33,748 nucleotides of DNA from a virus (IMGVR_UViG_2718218139_000002); one strand, 5' to 3'; numbered from the stretch's first letter, positions 19,420 through 31,293 are shown. Translations and numbers: made by a program. The notes: generated by a model from the sequence alone, not told the origin.

Positions 19420-19440
19420 TGGGGCTTCGGCCCCATTTTT
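19420..19440 (+). terminator. Rho-independent terminator after the coat gene
   Basis: TGGGGC-TTCG-GCCCCA followed by TTTTTATT. Confidence 0.7.
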
Positions 19441-19623
19441 ATTGGGAGAAGACAATGGCACGAACAATGCTCTATAAGCCAGGCAACATGATCACCTGCG
19501 GTCAGTTTGCTGTCGATTACATCATTGTTGATGACTAAGAAGTTAAATCTCACCTGAAAAAAGGTTGGGTAAAAACTCCTGAAGAAACCGCAACGAAGCA
19601 AAAAGTGGCTAAGGCGGAAGAAG

Positions 19624-20085
19624 ATGGCGAAAACGAAGGGTAATCTCGTTCTAAAGGCTTTACGAAAAGCTGGGCTGTATTCCAATGCCACGTTGACAGA
19701 TGCTGACCCTCAGGCAATTGAAGATGCCATTAATGACCTCGAAGACATGATGGCAGCATGGCAGGCGAAAGGTATCGAGCTTGGGTATCAGTTTGCTGAT
19801 ACAGAAAACGGCATCATGCCGTTACCTGACGATGATTCAGGTATCCCTGCATGGGCAAATGATGGCGTCGCTTTGAAGCTCGCTGTGCAAGTGTGCATGG
19901 ATAACGTCATTCAGCCGTCAGACGCTCTCCTTACCGCTGCTGACAGTGCATATCAGACAATCTGCATCGCTTTAACCAAAATACCACCACTTGAGCGGCG
20001 AAATGACATGCCTCGCGGTAGTGGTAACAAAAGCGCGTTTACGTGGAATCGGTTTTACATCGAGAAAGATGATCCGAGTACGTGA
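19624..20085 (+). CDS. gp4: Tail accessory / head-completion protein (P22 gp4-like)
   Basis: Position after coat; similarity to P22 gp4 as recalled (KGNLVLKALRKAGL..ATLTD..PQ...DLE.MMA.W). Confidence 0.75.
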   Translation: MAKTKGNLVLKALRKAGLYSNATLTDADPQAIEDAINDLEDMMAAWQAKGIELGYQFADTENGIMPLPDDDSGIPAWANDGVALKLAVQVCMDNVIQPSDALLTAADSAYQTICIALTKIPPLERRNDMPRGSGNKSAFTWNRFYIEKDDPST

Positions 20086-20094
20086 GGTGAATAA

Positions 20095-21513
20095 ATGCCG
20101 ATTCAGCAACTTCCGCTTATGAAAGGTGTCGGCAAAGACTTTCGAAACGCCGACTATATCGACTATCTGCCAGTGAATATGCTGGCTACACCCAAAGAAA
20201 TACTCAACAGCAGCGGATATCTTCGCTCATTCCCGGGCATTGCCAAACGCTCCGATGTAAACGGTGTATCGCGCGGAGTCGAGTACAACATGGCGCAGAG
20301 TGCTGTTTATCGCGTGTGCGGGGGCAAGCTGTATAAGGGCGAAAGCGAAGTCGGTGACGTCGCCGGAAGTGGTCGCGTATCAATGGCGCATGGTCGAACA
20401 TCACAGGCGGTAGGCGTTAATGGTCAACTGGTCGAGTATCGCTATGATGGTACGGTTAAAACCGTCTCAAACTGGCCTACAGACAGTAGATTCACTCAGT
20501 ATGAGTTAGGCTCAGTCCGCGACATTACGCGCTTACGTGGGCGTTATGCGTGGTCAAAAGACGGTACTGATTCATGGTTTATCACTGACCTTGAAGACGA
20601 ATCACATCCTGACCGATACAGCGCACAATATCGCGCAGAATCTCAGCCGGACGGCATCATCGGAATCGGAACATGGCGAGACTTCATCGTCTGCTTTGGT
20701 TCATCGACGATTGAATATTTTTCCCTGACAGGTGCAACCACCGTTGGTGCCGCTTTGTATGTCGCACAGCCATCACTGATGGTGCAGAAAGGCATTGCCG
20801 GAACTTACTGCAAAACGCCGTTTGCTGATTCGTATGCATTTATCAGCAATCCGGCAACGGGTGCGCCATCTGTATACATCATCGGCTCCGGTCAGGTGTC
20901 ACCAATCGCCAGCGCGAGCATTGAGAAAATACTACGCTCCTACACTGCTGATGAACTGGCTGATGGCGTGATGGAATCGTTGCGGTTTGATGCTCATGAG
21001 TTGCTGATTATCCACCTTCCTCGCCATGTTCTCGTGTACGACGCATCTTCAAGCGCCAATGGTCCGCAATGGTGTGTGTTGAAAACTGGCTTGTATGACG
21101 ATGTGTACCGCGCTATCGACTTCATTTACGAAGGCAATCAGATAACGTGCGGCGATAAGCTGGAATCCGTGACCGGGAAATTGCAGTTCGATATCAGCAG
21201 CCAGTACGACAAGCAGCAGGAACACCTGCTGTTTACTCCGTTGTTCAAAGCGGATAACGCCAGAGTTTTCGACCTTGAAGTTGAATCGTCAACTGGAGTT
21301 GCGCAGTATGCTGACCGCCTTTTTCTCTCTGCAACCACTGACGGCATCAATTACGGGCGTGAGCAGATGATTGAGCAGAATGAACCGTTCGTTTACGACA
21401 AACGCGTTTTGTGGAAGCGTGTCGGGCGAATAAGGAAAAATGTCGGATTCAAATTGCGCGTTATCACGAAGTCACCTGTCACTCTGTCTGGCGCTCAGAT
21501 AAGGATTGAGTAA
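20095..21513 (+). CDS. gp10: Tail accessory protein (P22 gp10-like)
   Basis: 472 aa, near-identical to P22 gp10 as recalled ([16 protein letters not shown]...[32 protein letters not shown]). Confidence 0.85.
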   Translation: MPIQQLPLMKGVGKDFRNADYIDYLPVNMLATPKEILNSSGYLRSFPGIAKRSDVNGVSRGVEYNMAQSAVYRVCGGKLYKGESEVGDVAGSGRVSMAHGRTSQAVGVNGQLVEYRYDGTVKTVSNWPTDSRFTQYELGSVRDITRLRGRYAWSKDGTDSWFITDLEDESHPDRYSAQYRAESQPDGIIGIGTWRDFIVCFGSSTIEYFSLTGATTVGAALYVAQPSLMVQKGIAGTYCKTPFADSYAFISNPATGAPSVYIIGSGQVSPIASASIEKILRSYTADELADGVMESLRFDAHELLIIHLPRHVLVYDASSSANGPQWCVLKTGLYDDVYRAIDFIYEGNQITCGDKLESVTGKLQFDISSQYDKQQEHLLFTPLFKADNARVFDLEVESSTGVAQYADRLFLSATTDGINYGREQMIEQNEPFVYDKRVLWKRVGRIRKNVGFKLRVITKSPVTLSGAQIRIE

Positions 21514-22361
21514 TGGCGGATTCGAATCTCAATGTGCCGGTAATCATTCAGGCTACACGGCTCGACACATCAGTTCTTCCACGCAATATCTTCTCGCAGT
21601 CGTATCTGCTTTACGTTATCGCACAGGGCACTGATGTTGGTAACGTGGCTAACAAGGCCAACGAGGCCGGACAGGGCGCTTATGATGCACAAGTCAGGAA
21701 CGATGAGCAGGATGTGATTCTCGCTGACCATGAGCAGCGAATTTCTGCTGCGGAAGCAACACTTGTTAATCATGAGGAGCGAATCAGCCAGGCAGAATCA
21801 ACTCTTCAGGAACATGAAACGCGAATCGCTCAGAATGAAAGCGATATTGCGTCGCTTGATACCAGAGTTCAGTCGCTGGAATCGCAGGTTTCAGACCATG
21901 AATCGCGCATTGATGCTCTGGAGTATGCCACTACTCGCAAGAAGTCAGAGATTGTTTACTCTGGCGTATCTGTAACTATTCCGACAGCGCCTACTAACCT
22001 TGTTAGCCTGCTGAAAACGCTCACGCCGTCATCCGGAACGTTGGCACCATTCTTCGACACTGTTAACAACAAGATGGTTGTTTTCAACGAGAACAAAACC
22101 CTGTTATTCAAGCTGTCGATTGTCGGGACGTGGCCCAGCGGAACCGCTAACAGATCAATGCAGCTAACGTTTTCCGGCTCTGTTCCTGACACACTTGTGA
22201 GCAGTCGTAATGCGGCGACAACAACCGATAACATCCTGTTAGCTACGTTCTTCAGCGTGGATAAAGACGGCTTTCTTGCCACAAATGGCAGTACGTTAAC
22301 CATTCAGTCAAATGGGGCGGCGTTTACTGCCACAACCATCAAGATAATCGCGGAGCAGTAA
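21513..22361 (+). CDS. gp26: Tail needle (P22 gp26-like N-terminus, Sf6-type extended C-terminal knob)
   Basis: N-terminus [43 protein letters not shown] matches P22 gp26; heptad coiled-coil middle; C-terminal roughly 130 aa differ from P22 and the length (282 aa) matches Sf6-type needles. Confidence 0.8.
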   Translation: MADSNLNVPVIIQATRLDTSVLPRNIFSQSYLLYVIAQGTDVGNVANKANEAGQGAYDAQVRNDEQDVILADHEQRISAAEATLVNHEERISQAESTLQEHETRIAQNESDIASLDTRVQSLESQVSDHESRIDALEYATTRKKSEIVYSGVSVTIPTAPTNLVSLLKTLTPSSGTLAPFFDTVNNKMVVFNENKTLLFKLSIVGTWPSGTANRSMQLTFSGSVPDTLVSSRNAATTTDNILLATFFSVDKDGFLATNGSTLTIQSNGAAFTATTIKIIAEQ

Positions 22362-22816
22362 TGATTCAGTTCAAACCAACGCGAAACATCGACCTGATCG
22401 AAGCAGTCGGAAATCACCCTGACATTATTGCCGGAAGCAACAACGGTGATGGATACGAATACAAGCCTGAATGCCGTTACTTTGAGGTGAACGTGCACGG
22501 TCAGTTTGGCGGCATTGTTTACTATCAGGAGATTCAGCCGCTGACATTCGATTGCCACGCCATGTACCTGCCAGAGATTCGCGGCTTCAGCAAGGAAATC
22601 GGGCTGGCGTTCTGGCGATACATTCTGACTAACACCACCGTTCAGTGCGTCACATCGTTCGCTGCACGCAAATTCCGCCACGGTCAGATGTATTGCGCAA
22701 TGATTGGCCTTAATCGTGTAGGAACCATCAAGAAATACTTCAAAGGCGTGGATGACGTGACGTTTTACAGCGCCACACGCGAAGAACTAATCGACTTCCT
22801 GAATCACGGGAGATAG
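22361..22816 (+). CDS. gp14: Ejection/assembly protein (P22 gp14 position)
   Basis: Gene order between tail needle and gp7; start overlaps upstream stop; sequence not recalled independently. Confidence 0.55.
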   Translation: MIQFKPTRNIDLIEAVGNHPDIIAGSNNGDGYEYKPECRYFEVNVHGQFGGIVYYQEIQPLTFDCHAMYLPEIRGFSKEIGLAFWRYILTNTTVQCVTSFAARKFRHGQMYCAMIGLNRVGTIKKYFKGVDDVTFYSATREELIDFLNHGR

Positions 22817-22818
22817 CC

Positions 22819-23508
22819 ATGTTATATGCATTTAATCTGGGCAGAAAACTGCGCGGAGAGGAACCTTATTGCCCTGAAAAAGGCGGCAAAGGTGGCTCCG
22901 ATAAAAGCGCAAAGTATGCAGCAGAAGCCCAGAAGTATGCCGCAGACCTGCAAAATCAGCAGTTCAACACCATCATGAACAACCTGAAGCCGTTTACTCC
23001 TCTGGCTGATAAGTATGTCGGCAGCCTCGAGAACTTATCGTCTCTGGAAGGGCAAGGTCAGGCACTTAACCAGTATTACAACTCTCAGCAGTACAAAGAT
23101 CTTGCTGGTCAGGCTCGCTATCAGAGTCTGGCGGCAGCGGAAGCAACAGGTGGATTGGGTTCCACCGCAACCAGTAATCAGTTAGCAACAATCGCACCAA
23201 CGCTTGGTCAGCAATGGCTATCTGGTCAGATGAACAACTACCAGAATCTGGCAAATATTGGTCTTGGCGCACTGCAAGGTCAGGCAAACGCCGGGCAGAC
23301 ATATGCCAACAACATGAGTCAGATTTCGCAGCAAAGTGCGGCTCTTGCAGCGGCAAATGCCAACAGACCATCAGCAATGCAATCTGCTATTGGCGGAGGT
23401 GCGTCTGGTGCTATTGCTGGGGCTGGACTTGCGAAATTAATTGGTTCATCAACTCCGTGGGGGGCTGCGATCGGCGGCGGTCTTGGTCTACTTGGCTCGT
23501 TGTTTTAA
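22819..23508 (+). CDS. gp7: Ejection protein gp7
   Basis: Near-identical to P22 gp7 as recalled (MLYAFNLGRKLRGEEP...GGGLGLLGSLF). Confidence 0.85.
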   Translation: MLYAFNLGRKLRGEEPYCPEKGGKGGSDKSAKYAAEAQKYAADLQNQQFNTIMNNLKPFTPLADKYVGSLENLSSLEGQGQALNQYYNSQQYKDLAGQARYQSLAAAEATGGLGSTATSNQLATIAPTLGQQWLSGQMNNYQNLANIGLGALQGQANAGQTYANNMSQISQQSAALAAANANRPSAMQSAIGGGASGAIAGAGLAKLIGSSTPWGAAIGGGLGLLGSLF

Positions 23509-23517
23509 GGGGTAATC

Positions 23518-24933
23518 ATGGCTACGTGGCAACAGGGTATTAATTCTGGTGGTTTTCTGGCTGGCATCGGTACGCAAAATGAGAATGCGCCAAAGGCAAG
23601 CGACATTAACGCAACGCTTGGTCTGATCCGCGAAAACAATGAACTGGCTCGCTCAGGTGCAAATAACGTTGGTCTGACCGCGTTACGTGGTCTGGCTGGA
23701 GTTGCTGATATTTACAATCAGGAACAGCAACAGAAAGCGATTAGTGCGTTCAATAAGGTTCATGCTGATGCATGGGCTTCTGGTGATCCATCGGGACTAT
23801 TTAAGTTTGCCCAGGAAAATCCAGCGTTTGTTGCACAGGCACAACAGGCGTTTTCCGGTCTTAATGAGCAGCAACGCAACGATATGGGCGATTTAGCCAT
23901 GAGGGCTAACGTCGCTCTTTCTCAGGGACCGGAAGCCTACAGTAAATTCATTACTGACAACAAGGACAGGTTAAATCGCGTTGGCGCTAATGCTGACTGG
24001 ATGATTCAGACAGGTATCCAGAATCCAGAGCAGCTATCACACATGCTGACTACTATGTCTCTCGGTGCGCTTGGACCAGAAAAGGCGTTTGCTGTTCAGG
24101 ACAAGATGGCTGGTCGTGAGATTGACCGAGGCAGACTGGCAGAGACAATCCGCAGCAATCAGGCTGGAGAAGCACTTCAGGCGAGAGGGCAAAACCTTTC
24201 CTATCAGTCAGCAATGACTGGACACAATATCGCAGCACAACGCTTGGCTCTGGATCAGCAAGAGTTCGGATTTAAGATGCAGCAAGCGCAGGAAAAGGCT
24301 CAGCAGTTGATTAGCGAAGCACCTAAGCTGTCAGTAAACATGGAAAAAGGCATCGAGACGGCTGTAAACAATGCCACAGCATCATCAAACTCAGCCAATT
24401 CCATGAGTGCGCTTGCTCAACAGTTCAGAGCAGAAAAACCAACGACAGGTTTGTTCGGTAACGCACAGAACATGTTCGCAAAACTTACCGGAAGCGATAC
24501 GACATTGCGTGATTTGCGCATTCGCCAAAATGCCCTTGTTAACAGTCAGGTTCTTAAATTCCTACCTCCCGGCCCAGCAACTGATAAAGACGTTGAGATC
24601 GTTCGACAGGGTGCGCCAACTGACATGGATAACCCTGAGACGGTCGCAAGATGGCTTGATGCAATGGCAAACCTTGAGCGACGAAACGCGCAGTTTAATG
24701 AGTTTAAAGCCGAGTGGATGAGCGCGAATGGCAACTCTGGACAATCGCGTAATGGCGGTCAGATATTGGGGTTGGATGTTAAAAAAGGTGAATCATTGGG
24801 GAGTGCCGTTAAGCGGTATATGTCAATGAATACTGACGCAGCGCCAGCACAAGATTCGACACCTTCAGGAAAACCACGTAATCAGGTTGGATCATATACC
24901 TCAAAATCAGGCATTCAATTTACGGTGGAATGA
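23518..24933 (+). CDS. gp20: Ejection protein gp20
   Basis: 471 aa, the P22 gp20 size as recalled, in the conserved position. Confidence 0.75.
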   Translation: MATWQQGINSGGFLAGIGTQNENAPKASDINATLGLIRENNELARSGANNVGLTALRGLAGVADIYNQEQQQKAISAFNKVHADAWASGDPSGLFKFAQENPAFVAQAQQAFSGLNEQQRNDMGDLAMRANVALSQGPEAYSKFITDNKDRLNRVGANADWMIQTGIQNPEQLSHMLTTMSLGALGPEKAFAVQDKMAGREIDRGRLAETIRSNQAGEALQARGQNLSYQSAMTGHNIAAQRLALDQQEFGFKMQQAQEKAQQLISEAPKLSVNMEKGIETAVNNATASSNSANSMSALAQQFRAEKPTTGLFGNAQNMFAKLTGSDTTLRDLRIRQNALVNSQVLKFLPPGPATDKDVEIVRQGAPTDMDNPETVARWLDAMANLERRNAQFNEFKAEWMSANGNSGQSRNGGQILGLDVKKGESLGSAVKRYMSMNTDAAPAQDSTPSGKPRNQVGSYTSKSGIQFTVE

Positions 24934-26771
24934 TGAAAGTAACTGCAAACGGTAAGACATTTACCTTCCCTGATGGTACGAGCACGGAAGATATTGGAGC
25001 CGCCATTGATGAGTATTTTGCTGGTCAGGTTGTTCAGCAACAAACAGTTAATCAGGCCAATAATGCACCAGTACGTGAAGACCCATCATTGATGCAACAA
25101 GCTGGCGATTGGCTCACTGGTGGTCAAAGTGCAGGGCAAATTGCAGAACAGGCTGGTCGTGGTCTGGTAAACATACCATTTGACGTATTGCAGGGTGGCG
25201 CAAGTCTGATTAATGCAATCAGTCAGGGGCTTGGAGGGCCAAAAGTTTTGGATGATGTTTATCGTCCAGTAGACAGACCGACAGACCCATACGCACAAGC
25301 CGGTGAAACAATTGGCGGGTATTTAGTTCCAGGAGTTGGAACGGCAGGAAGCATGGCTATTGGATCACTGGCAGAGGCCGCAAATCAGAAAGGTGATTTC
25401 GCACAAAATGCAGCTAAAAATGCCGGAGTTAACCTTGCCGCTCAGGGTGTTCTTTCCGCAGCAGCAAAGGGAATAGGGCGTGGAATAACGGCTATAAAAG
25501 GTGATATTGCGCCAGAAGTGGCGAAGAAAATAGCCACATCAGAATCGATGGGCGTGACACCAATGACATCTGATGTTATCCCGCCGAAAAATGCTTTCAC
25601 TCGCGGACTTACTCAGGATGCCGAGGGGGCTTTGCTCGGGACGGGCTCAAAGCGAGCAGAGCAATATGCAACGCGTAGTAAGCTGGTAAGCAATTATTTT
25701 GACCGTTTTGGTGAGTACAACCCTGATGATGTGGTGAAATCTCTGACCACCACGTTAAGGGGGCGGAAGGATGCTGCTGGCGCTGTTATCAATGACGTCA
25801 CCAATAAAATGGGTAATGCCGCAGTTGATACCACAAATACCATGAATGCTCTGAATACAGCGATCGCAAGACAGGAACGACTTGGGACGTCTGCCAATCA
25901 AAGCCTGCTTACATCCTTGCGTAACCTACGTGAAGAATTAGCAAACCCTGCAACTGATTTGGATGTTACGTTTGATCTCTTGCGTCAGCACAGAACAGCA
26001 TTTAGATCTAATGTTCAGGGAGATGCTATGGTCTTCCCCAACCAGGCAAAAGCAGCTACCAATATGGTAGAGAATGCAATGTCAAAAGACCTTCGTAACG
26101 CAGTTGCTAAAAACCTCGGTGCTTCAGACGCAGCAAAATACCTTAAAGCAAATTCCGATTATGCAAACGTTTATAATAAGGTGCTTAATAAAAACATTGC
26201 TAACAAACTCAACAAGGCAAGCAGTGAAGCCAGCCCTGAACTTATAAATACTGTTGTATTAAGCAGAAAACCATCTGACGTGAAACGAATCTGGAGCGCA
26301 CTGGATGATAAAGGGAAAGATGCTATGCGTGCAGCTTACATCAGCAAAATAGCGGAAAAGGCCGGTGACTCTCCAGCCAAGTTCATCACTGAAGTTAATA
26401 AGCTGAAATCTCAGTCAGGCGGTGAAATTTACAACACTATTTTTTCTGGAAAGCACATGAAAGAGCTTGATTCTCTTCATGAAGTTCTACAGCAAACAGC
26501 AAGGTCAGACACCGCAAATGTAGTAACTCAGACGGGGCAATCGCAAGCCAACCGGATAAGGACGATTGGCGCAACTGCGACTCTTGGCGTATCAATGGGG
26601 CTTGAGGCTGGCTTTGGTGCAATGATGCGTTTGTATGAGTCTAAAGCAGCAAGAAACATGCTTCTCCGCCTTGCAAACGTCAAGCCTGGAACTCCGGCAT
26701 ATGAGCGAGCGTTAAATCAGGCTGCTAACGCCGTTCGCCCTCTCCTAACTAACGAAGCTACCAGGCAGTAG
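24930..26771 (+). CDS. gp16: Ejection protein gp16
   Basis: 613 aa, close to the P22 gp16 size as recalled, in the conserved position; start overlaps the gp20 stop. Confidence 0.75.
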   Translation: MMKVTANGKTFTFPDGTSTEDIGAAIDEYFAGQVVQQQTVNQANNAPVREDPSLMQQAGDWLTGGQSAGQIAEQAGRGLVNIPFDVLQGGASLINAISQGLGGPKVLDDVYRPVDRPTDPYAQAGETIGGYLVPGVGTAGSMAIGSLAEAANQKGDFAQNAAKNAGVNLAAQGVLSAAAKGIGRGITAIKGDIAPEVAKKIATSESMGVTPMTSDVIPPKNAFTRGLTQDAEGALLGTGSKRAEQYATRSKLVSNYFDRFGEYNPDDVVKSLTTTLRGRKDAAGAVINDVTNKMGNAAVDTTNTMNALNTAIARQERLGTSANQSLLTSLRNLREELANPATDLDVTFDLLRQHRTAFRSNVQGDAMVFPNQAKAATNMVENAMSKDLRNAVAKNLGASDAAKYLKANSDYANVYNKVLNKNIANKLNKASSEASPELINTVVLSRKPSDVKRIWSALDDKGKDAMRAAYISKIAEKAGDSPAKFITEVNKLKSQSGGEIYNTIFSGKHMKELDSLHEVLQQTARSDTANVVTQTGQSQANRIRTIGATATLGVSMGLEAGFGAMMRLYESKAARNMLLRLANVKPGTPAYERALNQAANAVRPLLTNEATRQ

Positions 26772-26790
26772 AAATGAACGCCAAGGAAGG

Positions 26791-27120
26791 CTATTTAATT
26801 CTCTTTTCAATGGCTGCAATTATTGCTTTTCCTGATGTTTCAGGAGATTTTGTAGCCATATAAGACGAAAAAATCATGTCGGTCATTCTTTCATAACTTA
26901 CTATTTCCCACTTAGCCAATGCATGGGACAGTTTGTAGTTGTCATCAGTTAGTGCCCTTATGGAATTTTTTAAGTGTTTATTCTCTTCTGTTAATCGCGC
27001 AATTTTTGTATCAATTTCATGTGAGCGATCTAATTCCTTAACCTGTTTCTTGAGGGCAGCTAACCCTGCATATAGTACGCAACAGGATATCCCAAGAGCG
27101 AGTACGACTATTTCTAACAC
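26791..27120 (-). CDS. Small membrane-anchored coiled-coil protein (sieA-region cargo)
   Basis: GTG start with AAGGAGG 6 nt upstream; N-terminal TM helix LEIVVLALGISCCVLYAGLAAL followed by heptad-rich region. Confidence 0.5.
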   Translation of the reverse strand: MLEIVVLALGISCCVLYAGLAALKKQVKELDRSHEIDTKIARLTEENKHLKNSIRALTDDNYKLSHALAKWEIVSYERMTDMIFSSYMATKSPETSGKAIIAAIEKRIK

Positions 27121-27238
27121 ACCAACCTCCTTAGTTTTTCGCAGGATACCATGAAAAAAGTAAACATCTTTTGCCTACTTCACATTTGAATGGTTTGTCA
27201 TTAGGATGTTTCCGGTTTTTTCAAATATGGAAATTGAT

Positions 27239-27658
27239 ATGAAGAGGATTATCGGCGTTGTTGCTGGCGCTATATTGTTATCTGGGTGCGCAACTATTGT
27301 TGGTGACGAAACACAGCTCGTGCAAGTGAACAGCAATCCTTCCGGTGCGAGCTTTAAAGTAAAAGACGAATCAGGCGTGATTGTTGCGCAAGGCAAGACC
27401 CCGCAAGGAGTAACTCTTGCCAAGTCAGATGGTAGTTATTTTGGCAAAAAGAGCTACCAGATCACTATGGAAAAGGATGGGTACGAACCAGTTACCCTGC
27501 CAATCAAAGCCAATGCTAATGGTTGGTATATTGGTGGAAACCTTGTGTTTGGTGGGTTAATTGGTTGGCTTGCTGTAGATCCTTTTAATGGTGGGATGTA
27601 TACCTTGAAGCCAAAAGAGGCAAACGCATCTCTTATACCATCAACAAAGCAAGACTAA
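27239..27658 (+). CDS. Lipoprotein (signal peptide with lipobox LLSGC), PEGA-like beta domain
   Basis: MKRIIGVVAGAILLSGC lipoprotein signal; remainder is beta-rich with G/W-rich C-terminus; start could also be the ATG at 27227. Confidence 0.65.
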   Translation: MKRIIGVVAGAILLSGCATIVGDETQLVQVNSNPSGASFKVKDESGVIVAQGKTPQGVTLAKSDGSYFGKKSYQITMEKDGYEPVTLPIKANANGWYIGGNLVFGGLIGWLAVDPFNGGMYTLKPKEANASLIPSTKQD

Positions 27659-27665
27659 TAAATAG

Positions 27666-27690
27666 GACCCACCTTCAGGTGGGTTTTTTG
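27666..27690 (+). terminator. Terminator after the lipoprotein gene (overlaps the mnt stop)
   Basis: ACCCACCT-TCAG-GTGGGT followed by TTTTTTG. Confidence 0.6.
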
Positions 27691-27926
27691 TACAAATCCT
27701 TCAGCGTATCAAACACCATCTTCTTAACAAGCTCTGACTGCTCATCAGCGAGTCGTTCTGCATCGTCGCGATATCCAGTCACAGGCGATGGTTTTGATAG
27801 AGCATCTTGGACGATTTGTAACAACTCGGAGTTCATTGATCTCCCATTCGCCTCCGCCCTGAATTTTAATTTCTCCCTTACTTCCATAGGCATACGGAAG
27901 TTAAAGTGCGGATCATCTCTAGCCAT
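27675..27926 (-). CDS. mnt: Mnt repressor (ribbon-helix-helix)
   Basis: Near-identical to P22 Mnt as recalled (MARDDPHFNFRMPMEVREKLKFRAEANGRSMNSELLQIVQDAL...). Confidence 0.9.
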   Translation of the reverse strand: MARDDPHFNFRMPMEVREKLKFRAEANGRSMNSELLQIVQDALSKPSPVTGYRDDAERLADEQSELVKKMVFDTLKDLYKKPT

Positions 27927-27948
27927 GCCATCACTCCAAGTTAGTGTA

Positions 27949-28000
27949 TTGACATGATAGAAGCACTCTACTATATTCTCAATAGGTCCACGGTGGACCT
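27949..28000. promoter_or_regulatory. immI control region: Pant with arc operator and mnt operator
   Basis: TTGACA (27949-27954), 17 bp containing ATGATAGAAGCACTCTACTAT (arc operator as recalled), TATATT (27972-27977); perfect 17-bp palindrome AGGTCCACGGTGGACCT at 27984-28000. Confidence 0.7.
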
Positions 28001-28016
28001 ATATTGTGAGGTGAAT

Positions 28017-28178
28017 ATGAAAGGAATGAGCAAGATGCCGCAGTTCAATTTGCGGTGGCCTAAAGAAGTATTGGATTTGGTACGCAAGGTGGCGGAAGAG
28101 AATGGTCGGTCTGTTAACTCTGAGATTTATCAGAGAGTAATGGAAAGCTTTAAGAAGGAAGGGCGCATTGGCGCGTAA
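28017..28178 (+). CDS. arc: Arc repressor (ribbon-helix-helix)
   Basis: [53 protein letters not shown] matches P22 Arc as recalled. Confidence 0.9.
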   Translation: MKGMSKMPQFNLRWPKEVLDLVRKVAEENGRSVNSEIYQRVMESFKKEGRIGA

Positions 28179-28246
28179 AGTTGAAGCCCCAACTGCGGGA
28201 ACAGTCAGGGCTTCGGTATCAACAAATCGGATTAGGAAATATTGAC

Positions 28247-29125
28247 ATGAAAAGTATAGCAAAGGCACAAAACGATTTCACCATCTTCAAATTCGGCGAC
28301 AGTGAAATCCGCGTCATCAACAAATGCGGTGAGCCGTGGTTTGTAGCAAAAGATGTTTGTGATGCTTTAACCCTGACTAACTCACGCAAGGCGCTTACTG
28401 CACTTGATGACGATGAAAAGGGAGTAACTTTAAGTTACACCCTTGGTGGTGAGCAGAATCTAAGCATTGTTAGCGAATCAGGTATGTATACATTGGTTCT
28501 GCGCTGCCGCGATGCTGTCAATAAAGGTTCGGTCCCGCACAAATTCCGCAAGTGGGTAACAGCAGAAGTTCTACCTTCAATTCGCAAACATGGCGAGTAT
28601 GTGAAAGGCAAGAAAACCACTGTTGAGGAAAGAACGCCGCTACGCGATGCAGTAAACATGCTGGTAGGAAAGAAAGGACTTCGCTATGACGATGCATACA
28701 ATATGGTTCATCAGCGTTTTGGTATTGACAGCATTGATGAACTTTCAATTGAACAAATCCCGCTGGCCGTAGAGTACATCCACAGGGTAGTGCTTGAAGG
28801 CGAGTTTATCGGCAAACAAGAGAAGAAAGCAAACGAGCTTTCTGCAAAAGAAGCAAACAGCCTTGTATGGCTATGGGATTATGCTAACCGTTCACAGGCA
28901 TTATTCCGCGAACTGTATCCGGCATTAAAACAAATTCAATCGAACTATTCCGGCAGATGCTACGACTACGGTCATGAATTCTCGTATGTTATCGGAATGG
29001 CGAGAGACGTTTTAATAAACCACACACGAGATGTTGATATTAATGAGCCAGACGGACCAGCGAATCTTTCCGCATGGATGAGACTTAAGAATAAAGAATT
29101 ACCTCCTTCAGTACATAACTACTGA
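28247..29125 (+). CDS. ant: Antirepressor Ant (Bro-N domain)
   Basis: Follows arc; AGGAA ribosome-binding site before ATG at 28247; Bro-N-like N-terminal domain ([28 protein letters not shown]). Confidence 0.75.
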   Translation: MKSIAKAQNDFTIFKFGDSEIRVINKCGEPWFVAKDVCDALTLTNSRKALTALDDDEKGVTLSYTLGGEQNLSIVSESGMYTLVLRCRDAVNKGSVPHKFRKWVTAEVLPSIRKHGEYVKGKKTTVEERTPLRDAVNMLVGKKGLRYDDAYNMVHQRFGIDSIDELSIEQIPLAVEYIHRVVLEGEFIGKQEKKANELSAKEANSLVWLWDYANRSQALFRELYPALKQIQSNYSGRCYDYGHEFSYVIGMARDVLINHTRDVDINEPDGPANLSAWMRLKNKELPPSVHNY

Positions 29126-29142
29126 CAGATAACCAACGCAAC

Positions 29143-29169
29143 GACCCAGCTTCGGCTGGGTTTTTTTTA
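29143..29169 (+). terminator. Rho-independent terminator after ant
   Basis: ACCCAGC-TTCG-GCTGGGT followed by TTTTTTTT. Confidence 0.75.
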
Positions 29170-29226
29170 TGCCCAAAATTCACCGTAGCCATGCTGCGGC
29201 GATTCCTTGTATCTGGAGCAAATTAA

Positions 29227-31254
29227 ATGACAGATATCACCGCAAATGTTGTGGTAAGCATGCCTTCGCAACTCTTCACTATGGCGCGTTCTTTTAAAGC
29301 GGTTGCCAATGGCAAAATTTATATCGGAAAAATTGACACTGACCCGGTAAATCCTGAAAACCAGATTCAGGTTTATGTAGAGAATGAAGACGGTTCTCAC
29401 GTTCCTGTTGCACAGCCAATCATCATTAACGCTGCTGGATATCCGGTATATAACGGACAGATTGCCAAGTTCGTAACTGTGCAAGGCCACTCTATGGCTG
29501 TATACGATGCGTATGGAGCGCAGCAGTTCTATTTTCCTAATGTGCTGAAGTATGATCCAGATCAGTTCTCCATAGATTTCCCTCAGCAACTTTCTCAATT
29601 AGGGTTATATGTAAATGATGACAGCAAGGGAGATGCAATGATAGGTGTTAAGCAGCCTATCACTGGGTCAATTCATCGTACACAGCACGATGTAAACTAT
29701 GAAAGAATTAGCGCTTTTGACCTTGGAGTGAAGGGGGATGGAGTTACTGATGATGTAACTGCAATTAGAGAAGCACTAATCACTGCAGCAACAGCAAGAC
29801 GTTCCATCCATTTCCCTGATGGCGTCTATTTATGCAGTGACTTTTTTTCAATACCAAGCCACTCAAGGATCTATTGTGACCCCGGTGCAGTTTTTAAACT
29901 TACAGGTAGTACTAGCCTTGGTGGATTCGCTGTAACAGGCCTCAATAATCAGGTGCAGCCAGAGCTATGTGAAGATGTTGTTACGTATAACATGACGCTT
30001 GATTGCAATAAAATATCAGGTGAAAACGGAATGAATGGCGTGACATGTAGGAACATACGTCACTACAACCTTACAGTCATTAATACTCTTCACAACGCAG
30101 AATCAAGAGGAGGAAGGGCCTTTCAATGCGAAGGGGGGATTTCATCTGATGTCCATGTTTTTAACTTTGTAATTAAAAATTGCTCTATAGGTGTAAATTA
30201 TCAAGGGCTACCAGATGCATCTCAAAAGGTTGCAGCATTCAGCTTTCACGGTGTAGCAATGGAGAACGTAGATGTTCCGTTCTGTATTTATTCACAAATA
30301 TCTAACCCTGAGTCAAACACACCAGAAATTATGAGTGTAGCTGCGTTTGATGTAAGTTGCCATAACTGCGGAAAAATCACTGGTGGATATGGTGATCAAC
30401 TTGGTGCTGGAATAATATGTGGCGATAGAGGTTATGGGCTATTTATAGATGGTATTCGAGTGGTTAACGAATCATCGTATGGAGGGATTGGAGCTTTTAT
30501 AAGGGGGCAAATGTTTGGCGTATCAATAAACAACGCTGACATTTATTGCATTTACGCTGTTTCAGTAATAGATCATAACAAGATAGGGTTTGATGACGCC
30601 GCTGTTAATACAGTTCCTTCAAGCGTTAGAGTTAGAAATTTAAATGTATCAAGTAATTTGGATTTTATAGTTCGAGCCCCTGACTCTTCGGCTATTGGTA
30701 ACTCAACAGTTGACGTGTCTGTAAACATAACAAGAGCATCACTAAATCAATTATTTGATTCTGGCGCAGGAGAAAGCGCTTCCGCAGTTATTAATATATC
30801 TGACTCTTTGACTGGTAAGTCATCAGGATTTAGAACGTTAAAAAATATTTTTGATGCTGGTAATTCTATTGGTTTACTATCTAGATATGATGCTGGCGGA
30901 AGCTGGGTCCCAATAGACGGTAGTGGTGCAGGAATTGCAATATTATTAACAGGACAGCAAAAATATACAAAAGCAGGTGAGGTTGTTCACTTTTATATGA
31001 ACATCATATACCCAGTGAACGATAACACAAACGACGCTGTTATCTCTGGATTGCCTTTTAACTCTGTACCGTTTGTTTCTCAATTTGCAGGAGCGGCATC
31101 AATAGCGATTAAGTCATCATCAATGTTATCAACTGTAGGGATTCTTCCTGGTGGTGATAAGCTGAAATTCTATGGTACAACTGGTGCCCCACTAACTAAC
31201 AGAGACATGTCAGGCGTTAGTGTTGCTGTTTTCGGATCATATATTTCCGAATAG
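29227..31254 (+). CDS. gp9: Tailspike: P22-type N-terminal head-binding domain fused to a distinct receptor-binding (probable beta-helix) domain
   Basis: N-terminal roughly 115 aa ([13 protein letters not shown]...[34 protein letters not shown]...[12 protein letters not shown]...NVLKYDPDQ) match P22 gp9 as recalled; remainder unrelated to P22. Confidence 0.85.
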   Translation: MTDITANVVVSMPSQLFTMARSFKAVANGKIYIGKIDTDPVNPENQIQVYVENEDGSHVPVAQPIIINAAGYPVYNGQIAKFVTVQGHSMAVYDAYGAQQFYFPNVLKYDPDQFSIDFPQQLSQLGLYVNDDSKGDAMIGVKQPITGSIHRTQHDVNYERISAFDLGVKGDGVTDDVTAIREALITAATARRSIHFPDGVYLCSDFFSIPSHSRIYCDPGAVFKLTGSTSLGGFAVTGLNNQVQPELCEDVVTYNMTLDCNKISGENGMNGVTCRNIRHYNLTVINTLHNAESRGGRAFQCEGGISSDVHVFNFVIKNCSIGVNYQGLPDASQKVAAFSFHGVAMENVDVPFCIYSQISNPESNTPEIMSVAAFDVSCHNCGKITGGYGDQLGAGIICGDRGYGLFIDGIRVVNESSYGGIGAFIRGQMFGVSINNADIYCIYAVSVIDHNKIGFDDAAVNTVPSSVRVRNLNVSSNLDFIVRAPDSSAIGNSTVDVSVNITRASLNQLFDSGAGESASAVINISDSLTGKSSGFRTLKNIFDAGNSIGLLSRYDAGGSWVPIDGSGAGIAILLTGQQKYTKAGEVVHFYMNIIYPVNDNTNDAVISGLPFNSVPFVSQFAGAASIAIKSSSMLSTVGILPGGDKLKFYGTTGAPLTNRDMSGVSVAVFGSYISE

Positions 31255-31293
31255 AAGAAAAATATATTTAAATTGGTGCAAAAACTTGGACGC

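Noticed and set aside
18781-19467. 228-codon minus-strand ORF (and 18792-19229) overlapping the coat gene 3' part
   Set aside because: It lies antisense to a coat segment that matches P22 coat protein; a typical shadow ORF.
19455-19538. 27-codon ORF with a GGGAGAAG ribosome-binding site between coat and gp4
   Set aside because: Too short to support without homology; could be a genuine small phage gene but cannot be verified by eye.
21956-22681. Minus-strand ORFs antisense to the tail needle and gp14 genes
   Set aside because: They overlap well-supported structural genes and have no ribosome-binding site.
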